From an uncultured Acidobacteriota bacterium (GTDB lineage Bacteria; Acidobacteriota; Terriglobia; UBA7540): a DNA stretch of 64,000 bases. The translations under genes were made by a program, and so were the position numbers. Of this stretch, positions 1 to 10,830 are shown one piece after another (within the stretch, counting starts at the first letter, position 1; each line of letters opens with the position of its first letter). Where the stretch lies: positions 96,001-160,000 of the forward strand of contig CAWDSK010000006.1 in assembly GCA_963804995.1 (NCBI GenBank). Direction: 5' to 3'. Below the pieces are notes generated by a model. It did no database searches, was not told the DNA's origin, and was given only the letters and a program-made list of their open reading frames with translations.

Positions 1-99
1 GCCGAATTCTTCCTCTACCCGCTGGAGGTCTGGCTTCACGAGCTCGAAAACTTCCTTGATCGTCAGGTTCTTGAGGGTCGCCAAGCGTTGATTCTCCAT
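1..99 (-). CDS. Polyprenyl diphosphate synthase family protein, 5' end only (runs off the window edge)
   Basis: Hand translation from ATG at 99: MENQRLATLKNLTIKEVFELVKPDLQRVEEEFG, resembling the N-terminal helix of IspB-like synthases. Confidence 0.55.
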   Translation of the reverse strand, partial: MENQRLATLKNLTIKEVFELVKPDLQRVEEEFG

Positions 100-237
100 C
101 GCACAGTCTGCGGCTACACACATTCAAATGTGTTCACGAGACTTGTGGGCAATCGCTGAAATTTAAATACTCCCATAAAACGCCGATGAAGGGAAGGGCG
201 AAGTGTGCAAATAGCAGCTACGAGCTTGAAAAGGATG

Positions 238-374
238 TTCGCGCAGAGACGCAGGGGCGCAGAGAAAATTTGAACATGAAGAAGGAAGAACCTGAGTATA
301 AGCCGGGTAGAGGCGTGGGATTTCTTCCCTTCCTTTGTCCTTCCTGCTCAGCGTCACTGCGTCTCTGCGCGAGA
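238..374. repeat. Inverted-repeat element built from 9-mer units
   Basis: Left arm TTCGCGCAGAGACGCAGGGGCGCAGAG (238-264) is the near reverse complement of right arm CTCAGCGTCACTGCGTCTCTGCGCGAGA (347-374). Confidence 0.8.
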
Positions 375-697
375 TAAGCTGGATTTGCCGCTGTGCCTGA
401 GATCGACGCCCATCTCGGTCTTTCGCGCCGCTTCCGGCTGATCCGGCAATTGGGCGCGGGCGGCATGGGTGCGGCCTTGTAGGGGTCGCCGCGGCGACCA
501 TTCGGCCAAGGCCGAGCGCCGCTCGGCCCTACAACCCCTTGTCCCCTGGCGCTGTAAAGGGTCCTGAACCGCAAGGGGTTTGCCTTTTCCTGTCACTCGC
601 CACTTGTCACTCGTCACTGCCTTGGATGACCCCGAGTTCCTCCTGCGTTTTCAAAATGAAGCGGCTTCCGCGGGCCGCATTCATCACCTCAACGTCG

Positions 698-1804
698 TCA
701 CCATTCCCATTGTGAAGCGACACGTTCGAACTGGTGGCCCGCGGATGTGACCGCAGCTTGAATCCAGGTCGGCAGTTGGAATCGTGCATAAGGATTGGTG
801 ATCAGTTTCGTTTGGAGGAGCCAATCGTAGCGTTTTTCTACCGGCACCATGCCGCTGTCAAAAAGGCAGACGGCACTTACCCTCGTATGGATATCAGGCC
901 GAAGACGTCCCTCGATGAGGGATACCCAGGGTTTCAAGTTCCTTGTTGAACTAGGGATTGCGATCATGACTAGCCCGGCCCCGTTTTGCGGCAGCTGCCT
1001 TGCCTCTTTTCTTAGAACTTCTTCGGCTCTTTCATCTGTGAATGGCATTCGAACTGACACTTGATATTGAGGTCCGCCACCAGCCCCACCGGCGGCGAAC
1101 ATTGCTAGACCAATCATCGGCGTATCGGCAAATTCCGGAACTTCGCACGGGAGCAAGTTTCCAACTTGAACGTGGTCGAGGAAAAGCAATACCATACCTC
1201 CCATCAACTCTGCACGGTGTTGTCCAGGCAACATGCAAAACTCTGGCAGTTGATGACAGAGTAGCGCGACCTCTTCCTCGGTAGGCTCTCGGCGCAACAG
1301 TATTTCGAGGGCAAACGGGCGGTCCGTTTTGTTAAACGCATCCGTGAGTCTGCGGAGGATCCTCTCAACTCAACGCTGCTCTTGGGACGTATTTGGCTGT
1401 GTAACCTCAACGGTTGTCCATTGTTCGTCACCCTTCTTCACGCGGAAATCCGCCTTTCGCGTGTCGACTTTTGGATGCAACTCCAACTCCACGGAGAGAC
1501 CGAAGGGGCGAATTAGATAGATCGCAGTGAGTTCCGCCTCCGCATTCTGGTCCCTGCGGCGAATATACCTTAATAGTTCCTCGGGCTGAGCGATGCCTTC
1601 GAGCGCAGCCAGGCGCTGTCCCACACCGATTATTCGCAACGCCGGAGCTATTCCTTTGGCCGAGGTGTCAGATGCGATCCATTTAGGGCCAAGCACATCC
1701 TCAACGCGATTCACGGCTGCAACTACGGATTCGGGGGCCAAAGCAAGGACGTCTATTTTCCCAAGCAGCAGATTGTTTTCGATGTCCTCAATCGACCAAC
1801 TCAT
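698..1804 (-). pseudogene. Hypothetical protein with a PD-(D/E)xK-like motif, split by one in-frame TGA at 1370-1372
   Basis: ORFs 1370-1804 and 698-1297 share a frame; the 72 nt between read VERILRRLTDAFNKTDRPFALEIL without stops. Motif ADFRVK...TVEVT. Confidence 0.7.
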
Positions 1805-1929
1805 GCGGTTATCCTACACCATGCTGATTGCCGCGGCGCTCATAAGGGACTCTGCGGTCGTTAAATCGCCGGTCACAAGCGCACCACTGCTTCAATAATT
1901 TTGCGGCACAAGCCGGGCATTTGTAGCGC

Positions 1930-3807
1930 TTACTCCCGACTAATCTCTCCGTGGGTTGCTGGGTTACGCACATCGACAACCTGTCGGAGGATGTTGAGCC
2001 TCCCCAGCAGAATCGAATGTCGCTTCTGAAGCCACGCATTGAATCGCTGGAAAATTGGCGCACTAGATGTCCGGCATTGCCCCAGAACAACGCACATGCT
2101 GCCAAGGGTCAACTTCCCATTTTGTACGAGATAGGACGCAAACATCTCCGTTTCCTTCAACAAGAGTCCTTTGTTGGCAAGCGATAACAAATCCCTGTCT
2201 TTCCTGACCTCAACTCGGAACAACCCAAACACCTCGATCTTAGGTTCCAGTTCGACGGCTTTTGCAAATGCTTCGGCACCGCTTTCAAACAGTGTGCTTT
2301 TTTGTGATGGCTCCAGCATGGGGAAATAGTGCATCAACGTTACAGCTTTGCGCCACGCGCGCCGTGCTTCATCGCTGAGTTGGCTATATGCGGGCCAGAA
2401 CTCGTTGTGAAGTGAGTCTATAAGTTCGGCCACCTCTAGACGGGTCTTCAGAAATGCCTCCGCGTGGGAGGAAAAATCTGCCGTGGTGTGGGGGACACCG
2501 CCCAACGCCAATGCTAGTTTGGTTTTTAAATCTCTCTCCAAGATTGGATTGAGATCCACTGCCTTTTTGAGGCTCCGATATGCTTCCTGGTATCGACCGC
2601 GTTGGGCTTCCACTTCCGCCACGCACAAAAAAGCGCTGGAGTCTTCGGGGTAGTCATTTAGCCAGGTACTCAAAACCTTGAGAGCTTTTTCGGCCTCCCC
2701 CGCCAATTGAAAACTTTTTGCAGTGGAATAGAGCACCCTTGGTCTGAAATCCTTTTTGATATAGAGCGGTTCGCGCTTGTGGATTACCATCTCTACATAC
2801 ACTGAGGTGTCCCCGAAGATAAGTTCCCTGTACATTTCCATGTCGCGCTTAGTCAAGACTGCTGCCGTTCCAACGAACTCCTGGTAGTTCTCGGCAGCCT
2901 TACGGAATTCTCCAAGGGCGAAGCAGCAGCGGGCAAGCATTGCACCGTAGACTCGTGGGACAGGGGTTTCCAAAGCAAGCACTTTTTCAAGATCGTATCT
3001 TGCGGCTAGAATCCGTTGTTTCTGAACGCTGCTGGCATCCTCATCGTGGTTGTCTGTCGTGAGCAGGGCAGACTCAAATATTGAAAAGATTAGATCCTCG
3101 TTTCCATCATCGAATACTTCAGGACTCCACTGCGGGGCGTCGGCAAGTTTTTCATTCCCCGCATCAAACACAACCAAGAAATCCAACTGCCCCCGCAATA
3201 ACAAGATTCTTGCCGTGTTCAATGCCCCCACTAGTTCTGCATAATTGTAAAGGCGCTGGGCACGGTCCCAATCTCTGATCACGAGCGAATTCAGTATCTC
3301 CCACTTAATCGTTCGCCAGTCGTTCGGGCATTCATCCACTGGAAGCAGGCCTACCAAGGTGTTCAAGTCCCCCAGGAAAGCTCTTCGAAAGTGCGAGACC
3401 TCCTCATCCTTCATGGGCGATTCAAAGGTGGCAGCCGAATAGCAGAAATGCAGGGCTGTGAACCGTGTCGCGACATGTGCGGGGTCAGATGCAAGTTCGT
3501 TCGCAAAGTACCTCAAAATCTGCTCCATACCCTCAATCGGCTTCTTCTTGTCGGGGTCGGGGAGCGACAAGTAAAGGTCATTTGCCCAATCAGACCAAGG
3601 AGGCCATTCATAGTTGGGCTCTCCTACGGCTGATGGTTGTGACAGGGAGGTACAATAAAGGGCCGGAATATCCTCGGATAAAGACAAGTGTCTTTGAGTC
3701 CACTCAATCCAGGAGCGGACTTCTTCCGCAACTTGTTCATCGGTTCGATCCTTCACGACCGCCCTCCTCTGAAGTGAGATTATAACGGCGGGGTTCGGCG
3801 CTTTCAA
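1930..3807 (-). CDS. TPR-repeat protein with a C-terminal HEPN-like RNxxxH motif
   Basis: TPR-like helices (LARCCFALGEFRKAAENY; EAQRGRYQEAYRSLKKAVDLNP) and C-terminal LTLGSM...DVRNPATHG. The frame stays open 18 more codons past the TAA, to 1873. Confidence 0.7.
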   Translation of the reverse strand: MKAPNPAVIISLQRRAVVKDRTDEQVAEEVRSWIEWTQRHLSLSEDIPALYCTSLSQPSAVGEPNYEWPPWSDWANDLYLSLPDPDKKKPIEGMEQILRYFANELASDPAHVATRFTALHFCYSAATFESPMKDEEVSHFRRAFLGDLNTLVGLLPVDECPNDWRTIKWEILNSLVIRDWDRAQRLYNYAELVGALNTARILLLRGQLDFLVVFDAGNEKLADAPQWSPEVFDDGNEDLIFSIFESALLTTDNHDEDASSVQKQRILAARYDLEKVLALETPVPRVYGAMLARCCFALGEFRKAAENYQEFVGTAAVLTKRDMEMYRELIFGDTSVYVEMVIHKREPLYIKKDFRPRVLYSTAKSFQLAGEAEKALKVLSTWLNDYPEDSSAFLCVAEVEAQRGRYQEAYRSLKKAVDLNPILERDLKTKLALALGGVPHTTADFSSHAEAFLKTRLEVAELIDSLHNEFWPAYSQLSDEARRAWRKAVTLMHYFPMLEPSQKSTLFESGAEAFAKAVELEPKIEVFGLFRVEVRKDRDLLSLANKGLLLKETEMFASYLVQNGKLTLGSMCVVLGQCRTSSAPIFQRFNAWLQKRHSILLGRLNILRQVVDVRNPATHGEISRE

Positions 3808-3831
3808 AAGAGTGGAGGGGGGTGTATGGGC

Positions 3832-4110
3832 TCACTCGTTTTCGGGTGTTCCACTTTTCGAAAATATCTCGCGGGCCAATTGCGGGTCAAAGTTGCCCTC
3901 GCGAATGAGGTCTTGTTTTGTCTCTTCCAAGTACTGGCGTGCAGACTCCCCCATACTTGCCTTAGAGTTCTCAGCGAGTCCTACTCCGAACCACTCTAGA
4001 AACTGACGAATGCTTGCCACCTGACGCCGAATGCGAACAAGTTCCCTGACGGCAAAGCAGAGGATGATTAGCAATAGAATCAACAGCAGGGTGTCCATGG
4101 AAACCTCCAT
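3832..4110 (-). CDS. Small membrane-anchored hypothetical protein
   Basis: 92 aa with N-terminal hydrophobic helix LLLILLLIILCFAV; co-oriented and 24 bp upstream of the TPR gene. Confidence 0.65.
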   Translation of the reverse strand: MEVSMDTLLLILLLIILCFAVRELVRIRRQVASIRQFLEWFGVGLAENSKASMGESARQYLEETKQDLIREGNFDPQLAREIFSKSGTPENE

Positions 4111-4327
4111 TTCTGTGTGCGCAAGTCTCTATCCTGGACAGCAGGAGGATTATACACCGGGGGGAGGGCACCCGGATTCCGGCCTATATCCTTCTTATCA
4201 CTCGTAGGCGTGATGCTCTGCTTGATGGTCCTTTAATGCAAATAGGCAACCCGCGGGTGGCGCATATATTACCTCTTATGTATGCGTCCCACGATCACGG
4301 GCAACATCTCTGTTACCGCGTCCTATC

Positions 4328-4424
4328 CGCGGCCGGTTCTGGCTTCGGTAGCACAGGCACTCCTGCCTGTGTTTTATGCATGGAATGCATCAACCTTGGG
4401 CACAGGCAAGAGTGCCTGTGTCAC
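4328..4424. repeat. REP-like palindromic pair (GTAG/GTGG family)
   Basis: GTAGCACAGGCACTCCTGCCTGTG ... CACAGGCAAGAGTGCCTGTGTCAC; similar pairs at ~51170-51245 and inside metG. Confidence 0.8.
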
Positions 4425-4850
4425 ATCCCACGACTTGTTCGTGAGGGCTTTTTCCACCGCTTCCGGGTTTCTCCCATCAAGCAGGCGCGCACCGCGCTTT
4501 CCGGACGCCTGCGCCCCTGCTCCCATTCCTGGAGCGAGCGCGGACTGACGACGTGGCGCCCCGATGCATCGGGGCGGTTCTTCCTTAGGTTCACTCTCCC
4601 AAGCCTGAGGGTACACTCCTGTTCTTGAGATTTGTGGTTTTTCCTACAGAAGAACCGCGGACCCCAAAGGCGGGGGTCCGCGCTACCCGAACTGATTCGT
4701 GCGGGGCGCATTTTCATGTACGCGCCCCACGAACCCAGGCAACCTCTCCGTCACCGCGTCCCATCCGTGGCCGGTTCTGGCTTCTTAACGGTCGCCAACA
4801 GAAAATGCGATATCGGCGCCACCCCCCGAAAAGGAAAGCTCGCACGTAAC

Positions 4851-4972
4851 CCACTGTCATCCTGAGGCCCGGTTCTTTCGGGCCGAAGGACCTCGGCAGT
4901 TTGTCGCGGCGCACTGGGAAGAGCGAACTACAGAGGTCCTTCGCCCAAATTACGGGCTCAGGATGACAGTGG
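4851..4972. repeat. Palindromic repeat element GTCATCCTGAG...CTCAGGATGAC
   Basis: Perfect 16-bp terminal inverted arms CCACTGTCATCCTGAG / CTCAGGATGACAGTGG with inner CGAAGGACCTC / GAGGTCCTTCG. Confidence 0.8.
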
Positions 4973-5110
4973 GAGTGGGGCTGCTCAAAATGAATGTGGG
5001 CAGGCACGGTCGGTGCAATCGTGGGTGGCACCCCGATGCATCGGGGTGCTACCCACGCTTGTGTGAAGGTGCCGTGATGGTGTACACTTCTGGTGTACAT
5101 GGAGTTGACT

Positions 5111-5353
5111 ATGAGCACTCAAAGGGTAAGTATACGGGAAGCTCGGCAACGCTTACGCCACCTGCTGGAGCAGGTTCAGGCAGGCGATGAAGTCATCGTG
5201 TTGCGCCGGGGGGTCGAGGTGGGAAGGCTCGTCCGTCCCGAGCGAACCAAGGCGCCCCTTCCCGATCTGAGCGGCCTCCGGGCCTCGGTGAAACTGCGGG
5301 GCCGGGCCTTGAGCGAAGACCTTACGGAAGGCCGCAGGAGCAGCCGATATTGA
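5111..5353 (+). CDS. Phd/YefM-family antitoxin
   Basis: VSIREARQRLRHLLEQVQAGDEVIVLRRGVEVGRLV; GGAG RBS upstream; overlaps the toxin start by 4 nt. Confidence 0.9.
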   Translation: MSTQRVSIREARQRLRHLLEQVQAGDEVIVLRRGVEVGRLVRPERTKAPLPDLSGLRASVKLRGRALSEDLTEGRRSSRY

Positions 5354-5772
5354 TTTACGTTGACACCAGCGTGCTGGCCGCCTATTACTGCCCCGAACCC
5401 CTGAGCGGGCAGGCACAGCGTGCGTTGGCCCAAGCGGGTGAACGGGCGATTAGCTCGCTGGTGGAACTGGAATTCGTATCCGCAATCGCCCGGAAAGTCC
5501 GCACGCACGAAATGCGTCGAGGCGATGCGCATCGGATCCTCGCCGCATTTCAATCCCATCTGGAACAAGGGGTTTATACACGGCTGGCAGTGGATGGCGC
5601 GCACTTTGCCAAGGCACGCGAGTGGCTCTCGACTCTGGTGGTTCCCCTCCAGACTCTGGACGCCTTGCATGTGGCGGTAGCCGCTTTGAAGGGTTGCTCC
5701 GTAATGACCGCTGACGCCGCGCTCGCCAAGGCTTGCGCAAAGGTGGGCGTTACGGCTCGCCTAATTGCCTGA
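5350..5772 (+). CDS. vapC: PIN-domain toxin VapC
   Basis: IYVDTS start, conserved ELE, LQTLDALHVAVA and MTAD PIN motifs. Confidence 0.92.
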   Translation: MIYVDTSVLAAYYCPEPLSGQAQRALAQAGERAISSLVELEFVSAIARKVRTHEMRRGDAHRILAAFQSHLEQGVYTRLAVDGAHFAKAREWLSTLVVPLQTLDALHVAVAALKGCSVMTADAALAKACAKVGVTARLIA

Positions 5773-6107
5773 CGCTTGCCCCCCTTCACGCGGGTGCGCC
5801 CCGATGCATCGGGGCGGCTTGCAGTTTCAAATCCTCGCGTTCTGATTAGCTGGCCAAAGCAAGGAAGAGAAACGAGCAGATGCAAACCGCCGAGTTCCAG
5901 AACTCGCCACGTTGAGTCGCCAAGGCGACAACTCCAAGCTACCAAAGCAAACAGGCTCGGCCGCGAATGCGACCGAGCCTGTTTGTAGTGCCTATCCCGG
6001 CGCGCCGGGACTCACACAAGACACTTGCTGCCTTCTGCCTACCGCCTTCAGCTTACTGCCTACTCTTCCGGGGCGCTACGCTTGCTTCGTCTTCAATCTG
6101 GCTTTCC

Positions 6108-6593
6108 TCAGGCCGCCCTTGCCTTAGCGGCAATTGCCGGCGTTACCACGTTTACCTTGATCTGCTTCGGCTTCGTTTCCTCGCGCTTCGGGACGTGCAG
6201 CGTCAGCGCGCCATTCTGATATTCGGCTTTGATGTCCTCCGATTTCACGGAGTTCGCCAGCGAGAAGCTCCGACTGAATGCACCATAGGCGCGTTCGACG
6301 CGCAGGTAGTTCTCCTCGTCCACTTTCTTCTCAAACTTGCGTTCGCCGCGAATCGTGAGGATGTTGTTCGCAACGCGGATGTCCAGGTCCTGCGGATTCA
6401 CTTCCGGCAGGTCCGCCTTTATGACCAGCTCGTTCTCGGTCTCGTATATGTCAACGGCCGGCGCCCAGGTGGTCAGGTTCGATTCCTCGCCCGTACGCTC
6501 CAGCGCCTCGCCAAACATGCGGCTGAGCTGTTCCTGCAAAGCCGTAGCCCCGCGGGAAGGGTCCCAGCGATTCATCATTCTCATTTCAGTCAC
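6108..6593 (-). CDS. Hsp20/alpha-crystallin small heat-shock protein
   Basis: WAPAVDIYE, DLPEV, LTIRGER, ERAYGAFSRSF, AEYQNGALTLHVPK. Confidence 0.95.
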   Translation of the reverse strand: MTEMRMMNRWDPSRGATALQEQLSRMFGEALERTGEESNLTTWAPAVDIYETENELVIKADLPEVNPQDLDIRVANNILTIRGERKFEKKVDEENYLRVERAYGAFSRSFSLANSVKSEDIKAEYQNGALTLHVPKREETKPKQIKVNVVTPAIAAKARAA

Positions 6594-6616
6594 CTCACTT
6601 AAATAAGTAGAATAAC

Positions 6617-6645
6617 ATCTTATAATATTCGCTAAGTGTTGTCAA
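6617..6645 (-). promoter_or_regulatory. Sigma70-type promoter for hsp20
   Basis: Minus strand TTGACA-N17-TAAGAT, ending 24 bp upstream of the hsp20 start. Confidence 0.65.
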
Positions 6646-7784
6646 GTTTGAAAAACATTATCTCTAATGATATACTGTCTCGTATAACACTGGGCAGCTA
6701 TCCCGGCGCTACAAATTCTTAAGCCCCGCAGGGGCGACCTACTACAGCCCGGGCCACCGGCAGCTTGAAAATCTCCCATCCACAACGTGGGTCAGAACTG
6801 CACGCGCCGTGCCTGCCCCCTTCACGCTACAATAGGCATTCTGAAACCTACAGGAGGCGAGACGAAACCCCCATGAAACGGATTGAGCGCAACCCCGAGT
6901 CCCTGAACTACACATTCGATTTCCATCATCCTCCCGCCCTCAAAGTAGGACTGGGAGAATCCTTCCTACTGGAGACGGAAGATGCACCCTCGGGCACCTA
7001 CCGGACGCCAGAGGATGCGGCACAGTTGCTCGAACCGTGGTATCTCAAGCATTCTCCCCCCAAGGCCAACCCGGTCACCGGCCCGGTTTTTGTGGAAGGG
7101 GTTGAACCCGGGGATACTCTGGTTGTACACATCGAGCAGTTGGAGCTTGACTCTCAGGGCGCAACCTATTGGCGTCCGGGCCACAAGCCGCTCGGTGATT
7201 CTGTCAAGTGGCGTGAATTAAGTACGCCAACCCTGGTGATGGGCAGCATCCAGGACGAAGAAGTGGTGATGGAGGAAGCAGCCACCTGGGAGGACGGCAG
7301 GGTGAGGCGGCATCCATTAGGATTGCGGGTGCGGAAGTCCCCCTTCATCGGTACCATCGCCGTCGCTCCGGAGCGGGAGGTAGAGACATCCGTCTTTGGT
7401 CAGGGGAGTTGGGGAGGAAATCTGGACGTCCGTGACATCTGCCCCGGCACACGCGTGCTCATCCCTTGCTATCATGAGGGCGGCCTCTTGTACGTCGGAG
7501 ATGTGCACGCCTGCCAGGGTGACACCGAGTTCTATGGGACGGCCATGGAAATCCGCAGCGTCGTTACCCTGCGCTGCGACGTCATCAAGCATAAACGGGT
7601 TCCCTTTATGCGGTTGGAAAAGGAGGGCAGCATCATTTCATTGGCGTCCGCTCGTCCCCTGGAAGAAGCCGTTTGGAGGGCAAGTATTCAACTGATGGAA
7701 TGGCTGATTGATGAGTACTGTCGGCGCGCATTTAAAAACGTAGAAATTTGAACAGAGGCCGGTTTTCCGGGGTGGGGTTGAATG

Positions 7785-8133
7785 TCAGCCCGTGGTGGTG
7801 GCGGTCTTGCCGGTTGCGGGGTGGAGGGGGACTTTGCTGCGCAGGTAGGCAAGATAGGACTCTGGGACCGGCTGGGCGAGCAGTTCTTCGATCACGGGCA
7901 GGAAGTAATGTAGGGAGCGAATAGGTCCGAGGGGCATGGCGTCGGGGCGACGAGCCGCGCGGCGGGATGAGGCTAACAGGAAGGCTGTTTCCACGGTCGT
8001 CAGGGGGATCTGGCGCTCCCAAAGTTGACGGACCAGACGCAGGTCGAAGCGGCTCAGACGGCGCGGGTGTATCGGGCAGGCGGAGATAGAGATCGATCAG
8101 CGTTTGGCGATAGGTTTCAAGATCGGTGGGCAC
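7785..8133 (-). pseudogene. IS21 accessory ORF downstream of istB, with a 1-nt frameshift near 8064
   Basis: [23 protein letters not shown] joins RRLSRFDLRLVRQLWERQIPLTTVETAFLLASSRR...PIRSLHYFLPVIEELL if one base is removed. Confidence 0.7.
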
Positions 8134-8935
8134 GGGGGTTCCTTTCGGAGTTTTTCTTGTGCGCGGCGGCTTCCAGTTCGCTTTCCCGGACGCGGTAGGA
8201 AGTGCCTTCGATCAGGGTGACGTCGGCATGATGAGTGAGGCGATCCAGCAGCGCGGCGATGCAGGTGGCGTTGGGGAAAACGGTGTTCCAGTCTTTGAAA
8301 GCCTTGTTGGTAGTCAGCAGAATAGAATTGCGTTCGTAGCGGTGGTTAATCACTTCGAAGAGCAGGTCGGCGGCGTGGGCGTCGTAAGCCAGATATCCAC
8401 ACTCGTCAATGACCAGCAGAGCGGGGCGGGCATAGAAGCGGAACTTACGGCGACGTAAGCCGGGGGAATCGCCATCGAGATCGGCGAGCAGATCGGCGGC
8501 GGTGCGAAACAGCACCGAGTGGCCGGCGAGCACGGCGGCATGGGCGATGTTTTTGGCGATTAAGGTTTTGCCCAGCCCGTTCGTGCCGCACAGGAGAAGA
8601 TTGCGGCCGGAGGCGAGGAAGTCCAGGGTGAGGGCGCGTTCGATTAAGGGGCGGTCAATCTTCTTGGGCCAGTGCCAATCGAAATCGGCCAGCGGTTTGA
8701 AGCGGCCGAGGCGGGCTTGGGCGAGGCGGCGTTCGAGGCTGCGGCGAGCCCGGTCTTCGGTTTCGGAGCGGGCGATTTCTTCCAGCAGTTGGCGGGGGCT
8801 CCAGGGCTGAGTCGAGGCGCGGGCGAGGAGATCATCCAGACCTTGGGCGGTGACCAGCAGGCCGAGATGGTTCAGTTGCGCGGCCAGATCAGGATTCGGG
8901 CTCGGGTTCTTCGTCGGGGTCCTGGGGGAGTTCAT
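8117..8935 (-). CDS. istB: IS21 helper ATPase IstB
   Basis: Walker A GTNGLGKT, Walker B LLVIDE, and LLDRLTHH motif. Confidence 0.95.
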   Translation of the reverse strand: MNSPRTPTKNPSPNPDLAAQLNHLGLLVTAQGLDDLLARASTQPWSPRQLLEEIARSETEDRARRSLERRLAQARLGRFKPLADFDWHWPKKIDRPLIERALTLDFLASGRNLLLCGTNGLGKTLIAKNIAHAAVLAGHSVLFRTAADLLADLDGDSPGLRRRKFRFYARPALLVIDECGYLAYDAHAADLLFEVINHRYERNSILLTTNKAFKDWNTVFPNATCIAALLDRLTHHADVTLIEGTSYRVRESELEAAAHKKNSERNPRAHRS

Positions 8936-10391
8936 CGTAAGCCTCCAAAGAGGGATTTGAGACGGTCAAGTTTTCCAGATCGGGGCGGCGCGAGAGATTG
9001 ACGGGCAAGGGAGCGCGTTGCCGGCGTTGGCGATGGCGGCGCGCCAGGATAAAGGCCACGGAGGAAAGGCGCGGGGTGTGACGGTCGAGGGCTTCCCGGA
9101 GGGTGGCGCTCAGTTCCGCAGGCCCATAGTCATCGAGCAGGCGGAGGAGTTGCACGGTAAGCCGAGCGGTGGATTCACCGCGCTCGAAGGCGGCTTGAAG
9201 AAAGGCGGGGCTTTCCGGGACCAGGATGGTCAGGCGACCGGAGGGGGTGGAGCCCAAAGCCTTGCGTTTTTGCTCCAGCAAGGCTTGGTGGTGAGCGGGT
9301 TCTTCGACGAGTTCATGCCGGTCATAGGAGCGGGGGTGGGAAGCGATTTCGGTGGCGCCATCGAGCAGGCGCACGCGGGTGGGGGAAGCCACCAAGGTCA
9401 GCGTGCGGCCCAAGGCCTGGGGCGGCACGGAATAGTCGTTGAGGTCGAAGCGGACCCAGAGGGTTTTATCGGCGCGCACGGTGGTGGTCAAGTCGCAGGA
9501 GAAAGGATGCGCAGGAAGTGGCAGCAGGCGCGGTTTCTCTTCCTCGAAAACCTGGGCGACGGTGCGGGAGTCGTCACCGGGCCAGGGGCGCTGATGAGCG
9601 ACCTGGTTGCGCCAGTCGAGAGCCTGACGGTTGAAATCGGTCAGGGTGGTGAAGGGACGGGCGGCGAAGAAGTTGTGACGGACATACTGAATGGCGCGCT
9701 CCACGCGGCCTTTTTCATTGCCCCGCGCCGGGCGGCAGGGGCGAGTGGCGAAATGGTAGTGGGCCGAGAGTTCGAGAAAACGGGGGTGGAAATGGATGGC
9801 CTCGCCACGGCGTTCCAAGACCACGCTGCGGAGATTGTCGGTCAAAACGGTTCGCGCGGCCCCACCCCAATCGGCGAAGGCATGGACGTGGCCGAGGAGA
9901 AAATTCTCCAGGGTCTGGTCGAGGAAGAACTCCAGCCACAAAGCGCGGCTGTAGGAGAGGGTGAGGACGAAGCCGGACAAACGACGGCGGGCGCGACCGA
10001 TGGCCACTTCCCCGAAGTGGGCCCAATCGGCCTGCGCTTGCTCGCCGGGGAAGGTGTGAAGACGCAGAAAAGCTTCACCCTGGGGCGGGCGCAGTTCGGC
10101 CACGACGCGGCGGAGTTGGTTGATGCTGCCGGGGTAGCCGCGCGAGCGGATCATCTGGAAGAGGCGGGTAGCGCGCAGGCGAGGATATTGCTGCAAGGTC
10201 TGGCGCAGGAAGTCGAGGTAAGGATCGGTGAGGCGATCGCGCAGCCGGGGATGGCTACGGAAGCGATCGGTGTCGAGCGCGGCGCGCACGGTATCGGGAT
10301 GCAGGTGCAGTTCCGCCGCAATGGTGCCGATTTTCCAATGCTCGGCATGAAACAGGTGACGGATTTGAGCGACTTGTTCATCGGCAATCAT
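8889..10391 (-). CDS. istA: IS21 transposase IstA
   Basis: N-terminal [26 protein letters not shown] and FDLNDYSVP motifs. Confidence 0.95.
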   Translation of the reverse strand: MIADEQVAQIRHLFHAEHWKIGTIAAELHLHPDTVRAALDTDRFRSHPRLRDRLTDPYLDFLRQTLQQYPRLRATRLFQMIRSRGYPGSINQLRRVVAELRPPQGEAFLRLHTFPGEQAQADWAHFGEVAIGRARRRLSGFVLTLSYSRALWLEFFLDQTLENFLLGHVHAFADWGGAARTVLTDNLRSVVLERRGEAIHFHPRFLELSAHYHFATRPCRPARGNEKGRVERAIQYVRHNFFAARPFTTLTDFNRQALDWRNQVAHQRPWPGDDSRTVAQVFEEEKPRLLPLPAHPFSCDLTTTVRADKTLWVRFDLNDYSVPPQALGRTLTLVASPTRVRLLDGATEIASHPRSYDRHELVEEPAHHQALLEQKRKALGSTPSGRLTILVPESPAFLQAAFERGESTARLTVQLLRLLDDYGPAELSATLREALDRHTPRLSSVAFILARRHRQRRQRAPLPVNLSRRPDLENLTVSNPSLEAYDELPQDPDEEPEPES

Positions 10392-10830
10392 GCTTCACCT
10401 CGGGAAAAGGATTGATCCAACGCCCCCGGCGTCCGCAAATCTGACAGACGACCCAGCTCGCCGCGTACTCGGCGTCCGACCCAGGGGAAAAAACTGCCGC
10501 CGGAGGGGCTTCGGCCGGCTCCGGAGCCGGAGGCGCTGTCAGATTCACACAGGGGGAAGCACGAAGGGAAGATTGATCTGTCACGCGAGCTTTTAAGCGC
10601 TGGCGATACTCGCGTTGGCGCTGGCGATGATCGAGGCGCCCCTCCAGGCCGAGACTTTGTTGATAGCGGCGGTTAGCCTCGCGGCGCTGGAGACGGCGGG
10701 ATTTTTCCCGGCAATGGGGACGGCAATAACGCTGGCCGCGGTCACAGTGAGGGCAGAGATAAAACACCGCGCCACAGGGAGGAAAGTGACACACGCGCTG
10801 GCGAAAAACAGCGGAACAAGCAACCGGCAC
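10378..10830 (-). CDS. Cys-rich accessory ORF upstream of istA (possible Zn-binding protein; start uncertain)
   Basis: CHFPPC...[15 protein letters not shown] and C-terminal CQICG; inside the IRs and overlapping the istA start. Confidence 0.7.
   Translation of the reverse strand: MPVACSAVFRQRVCHFPPCGAVFYLCPHCDRGQRYCRPHCREKSRRLQRREANRRYQQSLGLEGRLDHRQRQREYRQRLKARVTDQSSLRASPCVNLTAPPAPEPAEAPPAAVFSPGSDAEYAASWVVCQICGRRGRWINPFPEVKHDCR

Noticed and set aside
1370..1372. In-frame TGA as selenocysteine
   Set aside because: No redox-motif context or evident SECIS hairpin; a CGA->TGA nonsense change is simpler.
9018..10415. 465-aa plus-strand ORF
   Set aside because: Antisense shadow of istA.
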